Source: Ostrea edulis (lineage: Eukaryota). From it: DNA of 64,000 nucleotides. Numbering within the stretch: the stretch's first letter is position 1; each line of letters begins with the position of its first letter. The DNA lies in assembly GCF_947568905.1 (NCBI RefSeq), contig NC_079172.1, positions 70,184,001 through 70,248,000 on the forward strand, given 5' to 3'. The position numbers were made by a program, and so were the translations under genes. Under the pieces are notes generated by a model. That model worked only from the letters and a program-made list of their open reading frames with translations, did no database searches and had not been told where the DNA came from. Below are positions 12,545 to 24,224 of the stretch, in pieces.

Positions 12545-12791
12545 TGATTGTTTGTTGATTGTTTTGCTGTTTTCCGCCACACTCAACAATTCTTCACTTA
12601 ACTGGTGGCGCCCAGTTTTTATTGGTGGAAGAGAGAACCCAGATACAATGTACCTGGGAAAAGACCACCGTCCTTCCGAAAGTAAACTGGGAAACTTTCT
12701 CACTTACCGGCGCGAGTGGGGTTCAAACCCGCACTGACCAGAGGTGAGAGGCCGTGTGATTTTGAGTGCAATGCTCTAACCACTCGGCCAC
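12545..12791 (-). mobile_element. tRNA-derived SINE, near full length
   Basis: On the minus strand: A box TGGCCGAGTGG, B box GGTTTGAACCC, body GTGAGAAAGTTTCCCAG..GGAAGGACGGTGG and an AATC-like tail. Same family as 30135-30335 and 32450-32545. Confidence 0.75.
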
Positions 12792-13420
12792 AAAACACAT
12801 TGAAGTCAGAAAGGGTTCTGCAATAAATCTGAAAAGGGTACTTCCTCTGATTAATCCAAGTATTATGTATAATTTATGAAATATTCCCAAGGAATCTTAC
12901 TTAGTTATCACGAGCAATTAGTCATTTAAGTTCCGATAACTATAGGAGTGACAAGCATAACCTTTCATAGCTTAAAATTCTATGAATCTCAAGTTAATAT
13001 TTGCATGCCACAGAAAGTTCTATTGTTTTATTATCAACAAAATTTAAGTCCCACAACTCTGTAAAGACAAAGCCGATGAATTTCCAAGTATCATGTATAA
13101 TGTAATATACATTATATTACATTATTGACCCAGGTCAATATAGCCCTAACTTAATGTACTACAATAAAATTTATAAAAGTCTCCCCAAGGAAATTTTACA
13201 AGGACATTTACTGGTCCAGGTCAATGAGTGATTTCTCGCCTAAGACAGCAGCAAAATTCAGACTAGTGTGGAAGATTTCGGACTTGTCAATTAAGATTTC
13301 ACACCAAATATACACTATATATCTATGGTATCACAGAGTTTGGGCCCAAAACTGGCTTCACCCCTGTGGTATTGTTAATAACAATTAGAAATGTGTTGGA
13401 AATAAGTATGTAGTATATAT

Positions 13421-14227
13421 AGGAGAGAGGAGAAAATCTTTGGCTGGACTGGGAATCGAACCCGGGACCCCTGCTTTACCAGTCAGGTGCTCTAACCACT
13501 GAGCTATTCAGGCAGATATCCATGGTCTGTATAGTCCTAATTACTACAATCCTCCCTCCTTAATTTGTCTTTGCCCTAAAAGACACACACAACCCAGGTT
13601 CTTTTCACCCCTGGCAGGACAACATGCAATGAAGGGGTGGTCAACGGCAGTAAATGTAGCATATATTGGAGAGAGGAGAAAATTTATGGCTGGACCGGGA
13701 ATCAAACACGGGACCACTGCATTACAAGTCAGGTGCTCTAACCACTGAGCTACCCAGGGCGATATCCATTATCCACAGTCCATATAGCTCTAACTACTAC
13801 ATTCCTCCAGTCCCTCCGTAACTTGTCTTCACCCTCGAAGACGCATACAACCCAGGTTCTTTTCGCCCCTGCAAGGACAACCTGCATGCAGGGGTGGTCA
13901 ACAATACGAAATGTAGTATAAAAGAGAGGAGAAAATCTTTGGCTGGACCAGGAATCGAACCCGTGAGCCCTGCATTACTAGTCAGGTGCTCTAACCACTG
14001 AGCCAGGCCAATATTCACGGTCCGTGTAGCCCTAATTACTACATTCCTCCCTCCTTAATTTGTCTTCTTGGTCACGGCACCAACTGTAGTATATATCTAG
14101 GAGAGAGGAGAAAATCTTTGGCTGGACCGGGAATTGAACCGGAGACCCCTGCATTACTAGTCAGGTGCTGTAACCACTGAGCTCCCCAGGCCGATATTCA
14201 AGGTTTGTATAGCCCTAACTACTACTA
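13421..14227 (-). repeat. Tandem array of four 180-250 bp units, each with a tRNA-Thr-like cloverleaf (pseudo-tRNA or SINE head)
   Basis: tRNA-like cores at about 13441-13513, 13687-13759, 13940-14008 and 14119-14191: TAGCTCAGTGGTTAGAGC D-arm, GGTTCGATTCCC T-arm, anticodons GGT, TGT, AGT, AGT. Acceptor and anticodon stems are imperfect. Confidence 0.75.
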
Positions 14228-14889
14228 CTAAATATGGAATTTTTAAACTGTGTCATGGGGAAATGCCCAACCGCCCCTTACAACAGTTGAATAATTAATT
14301 AAGACATGTGCTAAGTGTGTACTACTAACGTCCATACTCACATTGTGCTTAATTATATTGATATTAATTTCAGGTAGGTATATAAAATTACCAAACTACC
14401 TGTGATTTACTGAAATACCCTCAGGAAACACTGAAATACCCCCTAATTTACCAAACTACCCGGTTTTTAAAATTTCATATCATTGTAATTTAAATACTTG
14501 TATAAAAAGTTTTGTTTTTTTTTATAACAAAACCAAGTATTCAATAATACATGAAATTTTTCTTGAATATTTCACACCGGAAACAGCTTGAGACAAGAAC
14601 TGTAACTCTTGTTAACTATCATAAAGGTCGATAAGATATCGCCACATATAAACATACTCTTGTACAAATATCTATTTATTTTGGGTGAACAATGAATGAC
14701 TTTTTTCTCACAATGTACTGATTAATTTCTAACAGGATTGATAAATCGTCAATTTGATGCAGAATCTCTTGGTGAATTTAAGATCCAAGCACCTGTGCAA
14801 AATATAGCCCCTGAATTATGCTTAGAAAAGGTGTACTTTAAATGGAAGACTTTTGTAACCCTAGGCTTCTTGCGTAGCTGGTGCCCCAA

Positions 14890-15290
14890 ATCAAGCAGAT
14901 GCACCGCATACTTGTCCCTCATCAGACCAATCATAGAATATGGCTCAGTTGTATGGGACCCATACTACTTCAATGACATAAACACCACTGCTAGAGACTA
15001 TGCCACCCAGGACAAACAATCTTAAACTACCACCTCTTCAAGACAGGTGGCTCAACATCAGACTTGTGTATTATTACAGAGTTGTTGTTCATGACAGCCA
15101 TACCGCCTCAGGAATACGTCGCACCTCGTAAGCTAAGCAGGACTATTTATGCCAAATCATACTCAGACTTCACAAACATTGTAGAACGTTCAGCCTGCCC
15201 AGCAGCAGGGGATTCAGTGTACGACCAAGTAGGACTGATCAGTTCAAAAATTCTTTCTTGACTGGAACTATTGCTGGATTAAAGTACATG
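14890..15290 (+). mobile_element. Degenerate CR1/L2-type LINE 3' fragment
   Basis: Translates to AYLSLIRPIIEYGSVVWDPYY, the post-RT AY..L.RP.LEY...VW.P motif of CR1/L2 ORF2, followed by disrupted frames. Confidence 0.7.
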
Positions 15291-15451
15291 TTATGTGACT
15301 CGATCGAGGGATTCAAGTCAATGTCATCCCTCGAATCGTGCAATTAAGATCTGCGCTCTTCCGCTCATTGCGACATTACCAAATTATGATCTGCAGTGTA
15401 ACAATACAGATATAGACAAGTCGTGTACTGTGGTTCTTCATGCTGCATTTA

Positions 15452-16765
15452 CAGGTCCAGTCTAAAGACTAGTTACTTACAGCTACGTAGGTATTTAAAC
15501 CTACTCCAGGTAGCTATTTTTACCTACTTTTTAAACCTACTCCAGGTAGCTATTTTTACCTACTTTTTAAACCTACTCCAGGTAGCTATTTTTACCTACT
15601 TTTTAAACCTACTCCAGGTAGCTATTTTTACCTACTTTTTAAACCTACTCCAGGTAGCTATTTTTACCTACTTTTTAAACCTACTCCAGGTAGCTATTTT
15701 TACCTACTTTTTAAACCTACTCCAGGTAGCTATTTTTACCTACTTTTTAAACCTACTCCAGGTAGCTATTTTTACCTACTTTTTAAACCTACTCCAGGTA
15801 GCTATTTTTACCTACTTTTTAAACCTACTCCAGGTAGCTATTTTTACCTACTTTTTAAACCTACTCCAGGTAGCTATTTTTACCTACTTTTTAAACCTAC
15901 TCCAGGTAGCTATTTTTACCTACTTTTTAAACCTACTCCAGGTAGCTATTTTTACCTACTTTTTAAACCTACTCCAGGTAGCTATTTTTACCTACTTTTT
16001 AAACCTACTCCAGGTAGCTATTTTTACCTACTTTTTAAACCTACTCCAGGTAGCTATTTTTACCTACTTTTTAAACCTACTCCAGGTAGCTATTTTTACC
16101 TACTTTTTAAACCTACTCCAGGTAGCTATTTTTACCTACTTTTTCCTTTACTTGCATTTCGTGGCCAAACGCAGGAACGGCGCAATATGGTGTGTACCAA
16201 ATTTCTTGATTAACTTACACTGACGATGAATGCCACAAAAATATTGGACAAAAATGATTACTTTCTAACCTTTCAAATTTGCATAAATAACAGCATCCAG
16301 TTCCATTTCCTAAGAGCTTAGGATCAAAGCTACGTGTTAAAAAGCGTGGAATGTCTTACAAATCTGTATCGATTTTAAAGTTTACCTTCATGCATTTTTA
16401 CATTAAAGGCTTTTGGGGTGAATTTTCATGCATTTCCTCTGCATTCTCCACCGTCGTAAAGTATTCAAATTTACACTCTGAATTTTGTTGTGCACATGCA
16501 CAACATGATGTAAAGTAAAAGTAAAGTAAATTTTATTTAAAATCGGCACTATATACATTCAACATGTCGAACACAAGCTCTGTAGAGCTTTTTAACTGAC
16601 TATGATGCATAAAACAACTGACCTGTTTAAGAGATGCGCCTTAATTATTATTTATATTTTCAATAACAGGTAAAAGTAGGTAGAAGTAGCTACTTTAAGT
16701 AGGTTTAAATACCTACGTAGCCATTAATAGCTACGTAGGTAGAAATAGTCTTTAGACTGAACCTG
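15452..16765. mobile_element. Non-autonomous TIR element containing a TIR-derived tandem array
   Basis: Left end CAGGTCCAGTCTAAAGACTA..AGCTACGTAGGTATTTAAACCTACT matches the reverse complement of about 16670-16765. No clear TSD. Confidence 0.7.
15495..16142. repeat. 36-bp minisatellite, 18 identical copies
   Basis: TTAAACCTACTCCAGGTAGCTATTTTTACCTACTTT x18. Confidence 0.95.
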
Positions 16766-17689
16766 ATCTCGGCCTGGTACAAAATTTTTGTGGAAAATAC
16801 ACGAAATTCACATTTATGGGTTGCAAAAATAAGTCTTGTGCACTTCTAATCATTATCATAGATACATGATAACACACATCCATTTGTAATACACATTCTC
16901 TGAGAGAATGATGAATTTTAATGAAATTTCGAATTTCCTCAACAACTTTAACGTTCGTATGCATTGCAATCGTTACAACTTAACCCTTTATAATAGTGTA
17001 TAATTTCTAAAAAGGAACAAAGCTTACCACCTTTACCAAATTCTTCTTTAGAGATATATAAATGTTCTCTAATGGTAAAACACCAAATCTTTCTTAGTTC
17101 CTATTTCTCCGGAAGTTTTTCTGTTTTCGAAGAGTCGAAGTAAATCGTACCAATACTGTCTCGTGCGCTTTGGTAATAGAGCCGTTTTTCGTTTTGTCTC
17201 AATTTAAACAAACTTTACTATATTTTATATATCGCATATAATCAATTATCTAAAAAGCTAACTATGGATATGTTGATTTGTTTTTACTCTTCCTAACGCT
17301 ATGTTCCGGAAAAGCTGTAATATCAAGGTTTTACTTTTATTTTAGTCTCAATTTATTTAGAAATGCCCGGATAATGCAAATAAATTTTTCGACATGGCAG
17401 TACATCAACAGGTATGAATTTACACCATTTGAAACATGTATCTATGAAGGCTTTTAACCGCCTGTTCTAATGTTGTGATCGCCTTTATACCCAATTACTT
17501 CAGTATCTGTGTTTCATTCTTCAATCTTTGAACAGTTGAATCTTTTAAAACAGTAGAACTTCTAAGAAGGTTTGACATCTTCATGATCTTGGTTGTGGCC
17601 GTTCATAACGCTATTTTGTGAGAATAAACAGTATAGACCCCACAGTTTTTTTTATTAGAATGTCCATCTTATCGTACTTACCTCTGTCT

Positions 17690-17890
17690 ACTACCACTAC
17701 TGGCCTCTCTGTTCTGGGAGGTTTGTTTCCACTGAATTCCTTCTGGTGCCAGCCTCCCGAGTCTCTCGGGTATGTCTTGGTGTTCCCCTCTTACACGTAC
17801 CTTGGAGGTTCCAAGATAAGACTTGCCCAGCGAAATCGGTCTGTGGTTTGCGCAGGGTGTCTTTAAACCATCGATCTCCATACTACATCA
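17690..17890 (-). mobile_element. Degenerate RTE-type LINE 3' end
   Basis: A minus-strand frame reads DRWFKDTLRKPQTDFAGQVLSWNLQGTCKRGTPRHT, resembling the RTE C-terminal W.GHTLRK...AL.WNPQG.RKRGRP motif. Confidence 0.5.
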
Positions 17891-18640
17891 GAATTCTTAT
17901 TGTTACCCAATCTTTATTTTCCTTGTCAGTCTTTGTGTGAAAAACATGAATTTCACCGTGCAACAAAATTTCTGTTTGTTGCACTTGAATTTCGCTGCTT
18001 TTCAGAAGAAATGGCATGTATGAAATAGACTCTTTATAGATTAGGCTCAGCTGTCCTGAATTGATTTTACATTTAATATAAATGTAAGTTTCAGTGGAAT
18101 TGCCGTTCGTCAAAGACATACAAATCGTTATTTATGTTATCAAAATTACAATTCAGTTTTTACTTTTGGTGACAAACACAAGCTGTATATATGATATAGC
18201 ATATGACTAGAGCTGAAATTGATAAGTTGAAATTCTATTTGGGGAACAGTTTTGCTTTGTTATGAAAGCCTAGTGTGGTTTCTGTCCCTGCATTCCATTT
18301 TCAATAGTGTAGTGTAAAAAGAGTGGTGGGGATGGTGAACAGACTAATGAAAGCCTTCAATATTCAGACCGATTTAAATAAACAATAGTAACTTATTATT
18401 CGTTAATAAAACAGGGATGATTTCAGTCAAATGTTTAATTAATAAGAATATTTGTGGGGATATTAGTTCATATAGACATTACTGTTTCAGAAAGAATATG
18501 ACTATGGAAATGAACCAGGGTTGATTTCCTCCCTCCCCCTAATTTAAAATGACATTGGATTCAGAAAGCCACAGATCTGCAGTTACATATTGAATTCAAT
18601 TTCTTATCACTATGTGTCAATTATTTTGCAGGGTCAGAAA

Positions 18641-18763
18641 ATGGATGATATGACCAGAATCCTTCCATCAAATTGCTCCAAAGTTTTTATACAAAGAGAT
18701 TTCTCGGATGGAACTGCTGTTAAATTTCATACAAAAGAATTTCCAACAGAGCTTGTTGGAAAG
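18641..18763 (+). CDS. GOLGA7: Golgin subfamily A member 7 (GCP16), coding exon 1
   Basis: MDDMTRILPSNCSKVFIQRDFSDGTAVKFHTKEFPTELVGK; AG acceptor at 18630-18631, GT donor at 18764; KVFIQRD motif. Confidence 0.9.
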
Positions 18764-19228
18764 GTATATGAAATGTTAAATATCAAAGGCATTAGTAAGA
18801 TTAAGTATTTTAATTGATACACTTACGACTACAAACTTATTATGATAATCTAACCTCCAATACTCACTATTTAGATGTCCATTCCCAGTAGTCTTGTATA
18901 GTCTCGGTGTTATATATCTACTAACTAAAGGACAGTAAATATGAAGGGGATATTTACATGTCAGATAGTATTCTATTGCATATTTAGTGTTAATTACCGA
19001 ACACAGATATAGATTTCCTTGTTTAACAGTACATCTAATATTTTTATTGAAACTTGTAAGTAAATTTTTTTTAATATAGAATCTACCAGGGCGTACTTGC
19101 CCAAGTTTTTCTGGATTTATCAGAAATATGTTACAATGTTCTATGGAGAGAGGGATTCCTGTGATGTTGTAGACTGGTCACTGATATAGAGATTGTGTTA
19201 CAATGGATGATTTTGTCTCTTGCTATAG

Positions 19229-19381
19229 ATTGAAGATAAATACTTGGTACAGACCATCACAACATTGAATACTATGTATAGCGAGGCGGAGTCCTTGAAT
19301 AGTCGTAACTACTGCGAGAGCTGCTTTGCCTGTCTGACTGCGTACCTCAGCTATCTGTGTTTTGACACGCATTATGAAAAA
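19229..19381 (+). CDS. GOLGA7: GOLGA7 coding exon 2
   Basis: IEDKYLVQTITTLNTMYSEAESLNSRNYCESCFACLTAYLSYLCFDTHYEK; canonical AG/GT, phase 0; contains the C..CLTAY motif with the palmitoylated cysteines. Confidence 0.9.
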
Positions 19382-19823
19382 GTAAGAAACTTTTAGTTTA
19401 TTCTTGAGAATGGGAGGATGCACAAAATTGTACAATATGGATTCTACAGAAATATAGTGTGACTTTTACTAATATCAATAGTAAAGAGTTAGGTTGAGCA
19501 CAGCATATATCCATTGTAATTTGTTATAACTGGAATACCAGTGTCATACCTTTGATTCTTGTAATTAGACACAACGGTGTATTTGAATTATGTATTGCGA
19601 GAAGGAAGATTGTACGAGCTTACACACGGACAGTGGTATAACATTTGTCTGGATCTGTTGCTGTGTCAGTTGGCAGGGAACCAGTTTATTCTAGAGCGTC
19701 TGATTCTTATGGAGTCACTAATTTTAACTTGATCAATGTGCAGTCATAGACTGAAATCTTCCCGTGTTAACTGCAATCACAATGGCATTAATACTTTATT
19801 TTTTATCTTCTTGTTCCAAACAG

Positions 19824-19925
19824 GTGTTGAAAAAGGTTGGAAAGTACATAGCAGAACAGAATCAAACAGTATATGTTCCAAGAGGTCTTATGTTGGTGGA
19901 TCCAGTGGAGCGGGGTTTAAGAACA
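19824..19925 (+). CDS. GOLGA7: GOLGA7 coding exon 3
   Basis: [34 protein letters not shown]; CAG acceptor and GTAAGT donor. Confidence 0.9.
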
Positions 19926-20100
19926 GTAAGTTGTCATTGTGCAGACTAATTAGCTCAAAGATGACTGACTGATAACGTTTTTAAAAAATAGAAATTATCG
20001 CGAACAAGTATTAGTGTCAGGAAGATAGTCAAACAAACTTAAAGCAGATTTACAACTGCTACAGATGTTGGAAAATGATAAAAAGAAAAAAAGCTTTACA

Positions 20101-20635
20101 GCTCATTTAAAACTAGACTACATTTATATATACTCATTTAAAACAAGATTACATTTATATAAACTCATTTAAAACTAGACTATGTTTATATATACTCATT
20201 TAAAACAAGATTACATTTATATATACTCATTTAAAACTAGACTACATTTATATACACTCATTTAAAACTAGACTACATTTATATATACTCATTTAAAACA
20301 AGATTACATTTATATATACTCATTTAAAACTAGACTACATTTATATACACTCATTTAAAACTAGACTACATTTATATATACTCATTTAAAACAAGATTAC
20401 ATTTATATATACTCATTTAAAACTAGACTACATTTATATATACTCATTTAAAACAAGATTACATTTATATATACTCATTTAAAACTAGACTACATTTATA
20501 TACACTCATTTAAAACTAGACTACATTTATATATACTCATTTAAAACAAGACTACATTTATATATACTCATTTAAAACAAGATTACATTTATATACACTC
20601 AGTTAAAATCAGGACTACATTTATATACACTCAGT
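20101..20635. repeat. 31-bp minisatellite (about 17 copies) in GOLGA7 intron 3
   Basis: ACTCATTTAAAAC(T/A)AGA(C/T)TACATTTATATAT, with two interspersed variants. Confidence 0.9.
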
Positions 20636-20849
20636 AAAAATGTACATGTGGGGTATGTATGTGTATATATATAGATATATTGGTATATGTATATGTGTGT
20701 ATGTACATGTATATATATTCAAATATGTATATGAACTGTTTGTACTTGTATTATCATATATCTCGTATTGTTTATTGTGATTGTATGCCAACATGTTTGG
20801 TGAATCAATGAATTGAATTGAAAATTGATGAACCATGTTTTACTTTTAG

Positions 20850-20888
20850 CTTGAAATTTGCATACTGAACGAATCCAATGGGAGATGA
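20850..20888 (+). CDS. GOLGA7: GOLGA7 terminal coding exon
   Basis: TTTTAG acceptor then LEICILNESNGR*; gives a 138-aa protein, matching family length and the IEI.I...GR ending. Confidence 0.8.
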   Translation, partial: LEICILNESNGR

Positions 20889-23574
20889 TGCTGGTTAATT
20901 GTCAGAAGAAGATTGTGAAAGTGAAAGAACAGCCTGTGAATTCCACTGTACTATGGCCGTCAATCTTATACTAGATGTTGTGATCAGTGCTCTCTATAAA
21001 ATATGTCCTCCAGCCCCTGTTACATACTTCCTGGCTCTGTCAATACAACACACACACCCACCCCCCAGTATATACTTCCTGGCTCTGTCTATACAATCAT
21101 CACATGGTAGTTCTCCTGTCATATATTGCTTTTTATGTTGTCCAGTTGATATGGAGGCCTGACACAGCTATAACCTTGAGAATCTGTACAACCTTTATAT
21201 CATGTCTCTGTATGGACAGACTCTATACATCGGTAGTTACATTCCAGATTTTAATCTCTCAAGTAAGGGTTGCAGTATTTTTATCCAGAGTGTAATAATA
21301 TCACTGGTACATGTGATCAGACTTCTTCATCGACAGAATCATGAATCAATCATTTGTACTACACTGTATGGAGAACAGCTCTCTTGAGAAATTCTCTTTG
21401 TATATAATGAGTAGTGTTTGATAAGTTTGCTTGTAATATAGTTTGGCAATTGAAATATTTTTCTATCACACTGTAAATTGATTTCTAATGACTTATGTAC
21501 CTATTTTTTGTTATCAGAATGTCCCAAGCCAATCACTGTACATTTAGTTTTATATGCTTTATACTTGTATGTACATTTCATATTGTGTGAAAAAATCCTA
21601 CCTTTAAATGATTACTAGTGCACTCGTGTTTTGTCTTGACACGCAGGGACAATTCATTACAGGTACAGTTAAAACTGTCTAGTCTGTTACCTTCCTGTAT
21701 GTAACCTGTATATGTCGAATCTAATTTTCGCCCCATTGTATGTTTCTTTACACAGTACAATCTGATTTACTGTCTATTTGACATAACTGTCTCTCACACA
21801 GCATGTCGAATTGTAAGCTTTTACTTTTATGTTGATAATGACCATGAACAGTATCAATTCTCACAGCTATCAAAAGAAAGAATTCCTTAATTACAAAACA
21901 AGTTAAGTGAACAAAGGAAAGGTTAGATATGAATTATTTCAGCGAGGTACACCATTTACAATCAGCAGTGGCAGACCTCCACTTCAGTGATACAGGTTGT
22001 CTGCATGCTGAATCACCATTAGATAAATTTTCTACAATAGTCCACCTCTGTTGATCTTCAGAATTAATCTGCATACAAACTTTTCTAATCATTCAAGGTT
22101 CAGTGAATACAGAGAATTGTGTAGTATTATAAATATTGTATACTGTTTCCACTAGATATGATTGCAATGTATTTGTGGATGTTTTGTAATTAAGTTCAGT
22201 TTCATATTCAAGGTTGTCTTTCACTGGAAGAAAATTACTTTTCACACATTTGAAATGATCAACTGTAATTTTGTTGCATGCATTATCATAAATTAGAGAT
22301 ATCTAAATCGTGAAAAACGAATTGAACACTATGATACACAGGCAATGGATAGACTGTCAAGTTCATAATATTGTTCTCTCTCTACTTTACTTTTAAACGT
22401 CTTCATCATATTTTGATACAGATTCTTTTCACGCTTTTGTAAGTGATTGTTACATCATTAAACAGACGCTCTTTTTAACATCCTGTAGACACATGACCAT
22501 GGCCGTCTTAATGTACAATGACAATTACTAGTATACAAAGACCTTGTGAACAGTTTCCCTGCAGACCGGTAAATTCATAGAAGTGCAGGGTATACTATAA
22601 GAATTTTATTTCCCCAGAAATGAAGGAAATTTTAGACTTTCTTCAATGTATACAGAAAATTTATACCACATCTAGTCTTGACTTGAGACTGGGGTGTTTA
22701 AACTGTACTGAAATTGGATATGATTCTGTTGTGTAGATAAATCACTTTTGTTTTTCAATATGTCATTCCCAAATTGATTGGCAGGTGAGTAGGGCAGACT
22801 ATAGGTCTTCCTACCATTCCAAAGGAACTGCTAAATTATCTTCATCGTGGCGGATGTCCCATCAGTTTGTCAACTTTCTCTTTTTTGTTGTTAAAATGGC
22901 AACATATATGGAAATTCTGTCGTATACTCATTTTAACGTTTTCAGAATTTAGTCATTTAATCAATAAAGAATTCAGCCAACCTGTAGGTCCTAGACTAAC
23001 GCATGCGTAGGTGAGCGCCATCTGTAATGCACTTTATTTATTCTTTTAGATAATAGATCAGTGTTAATTCTTGGCGACTGTGCCAAATTATAAATATCGC
23101 GAATATGATTAGATAATGTAATTAGGCTATAGTGATTTTAATTTATTTTGTAAACTTGTTTATTAATTCACTAATTATCTGTTCCTTAAATTTGTTCTAC
23201 AGGAAACCCGCTTCATCTTTAGGAACAGAACTTATTTTTATTAGGAGTAAATTTATCAATAGCAGTCGGTTAGAATTCAATATACATGTATCTGAGCTCA
23301 AAAAGAACTATGATTATAAGTTTATATATTAGAATATATCTATTGCTTCAGTATTTTAGTCAATATGACAAGTATTTATTATGCTGTGTTTTGTGTTGAT
23401 TGTGTCTTATGAATAAAGATGTCATCCTTGCTTTTGTATTCTTTGTACATCTTTTATACAGCAGATTAAGAAAGAAAGAAAAAAACCTACAAAATGACTC
23501 CCATTGCAGATTTACTGTGAAACATTTCTGTATAACTTTATCAGATAAAGAGGAGAAAATAAACTGCTTGGAAC

Positions 23575-23651
23575 TAATTTCTGTGGAAACGAGGGGGTTA
23601 TTTATATTAGGAAATACCGAATATAAATAACCCTCGTTTCCACAGAAATTA
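23575..23651. mobile_element. 77-bp hairpin MITE with a 9-bp TSD (Mutator/Merlin-like)
   Basis: Arms TAATTTCTGTGGAAACGAGGG(GG)TTATTTATATT and its reverse complement; GCTTGGAAC at 23566-23574 and 23652-23660. Confidence 0.7.
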
Positions 23652-23777
23652 GCTTGGAACATACATGTTGATGCGGAGGGGATCAAAATTCCTAAAATAT
23701 GTTCCAAATTTAAACATCTTGTGTGCATTTACTCCACACCAGAACTGAATTCCATTGCATAAAGATGTCACTTGAGA

Positions 23778-24050
23778 TCGCGACCTGGAATTGTAAATAG
23801 GTTTGCCGAGGATCACAACCTGGAATTGTAAATAGGTTTGCCGAGGATCACAACCTGGAATTGTAAATAGGTTTGCCGAGGATCACAACCTGAAATTGTA
23901 AATAGGTTTGCCGAGGATCACAACCTGAAATTGTAAATAGGTTTGCCGAGGATCACAACCTGAAATTGTAAATAGGTTTGCCGAGGATCACAACCTGGAA
24001 TTGTAAATAGGTGTGCCGAGGATCACAACCTGGAATTGTAAATAGGTGTG
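23778..24050. repeat. 35-bp minisatellite, about 8 copies
   Basis: GAGGATCACAACCTGGAATTGTAAATAGGTTTGCC with period 35 (23808, 23843, 23878...). Confidence 0.9.
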
Positions 24051-24224
24051 CCTGGATCTCTGCAGTTTTGTACTTTATAGTGTGATTTATCTCAATGTAA
24101 CAAAAAACAAAAAAGACGTGCTTTCTCTTGTCCAGGATGTAAATGTTAAATAGGCATTGCGTTCTACAGTCAGTGTAGCCAATGTTGATCAATGTGAATA
24201 TAAAAACAATGAAATGTTCTTTGG

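Noticed and set aside
13441-14191. Functional tRNA-Thr gene cluster
   Set aside because: Mismatched acceptor stems, a bulged anticodon stem, mutated B boxes in some copies and shared repeated flanks favour pseudo-tRNA or SINE-derived units.
15423-16223. 266-aa ORF of LLQVAIFTYFLN repeats
   Set aside because: Artefact of a stop-free 36-bp tandem repeat inside a TIR element; the track start is a GTG and there is no unique domain.
21935-22069. Possible minus-strand terminal exon (INSEDQQRWTIVENL...)
   Set aside because: Weak acceptor, no partner exons and no recognisable homology; probably lies within or near the GOLGA7 3' UTR.
23360-23728. 122-aa minus-strand ORF
   Set aside because: No recognisable domain; it spans a hairpin MITE and AT-rich sequence.
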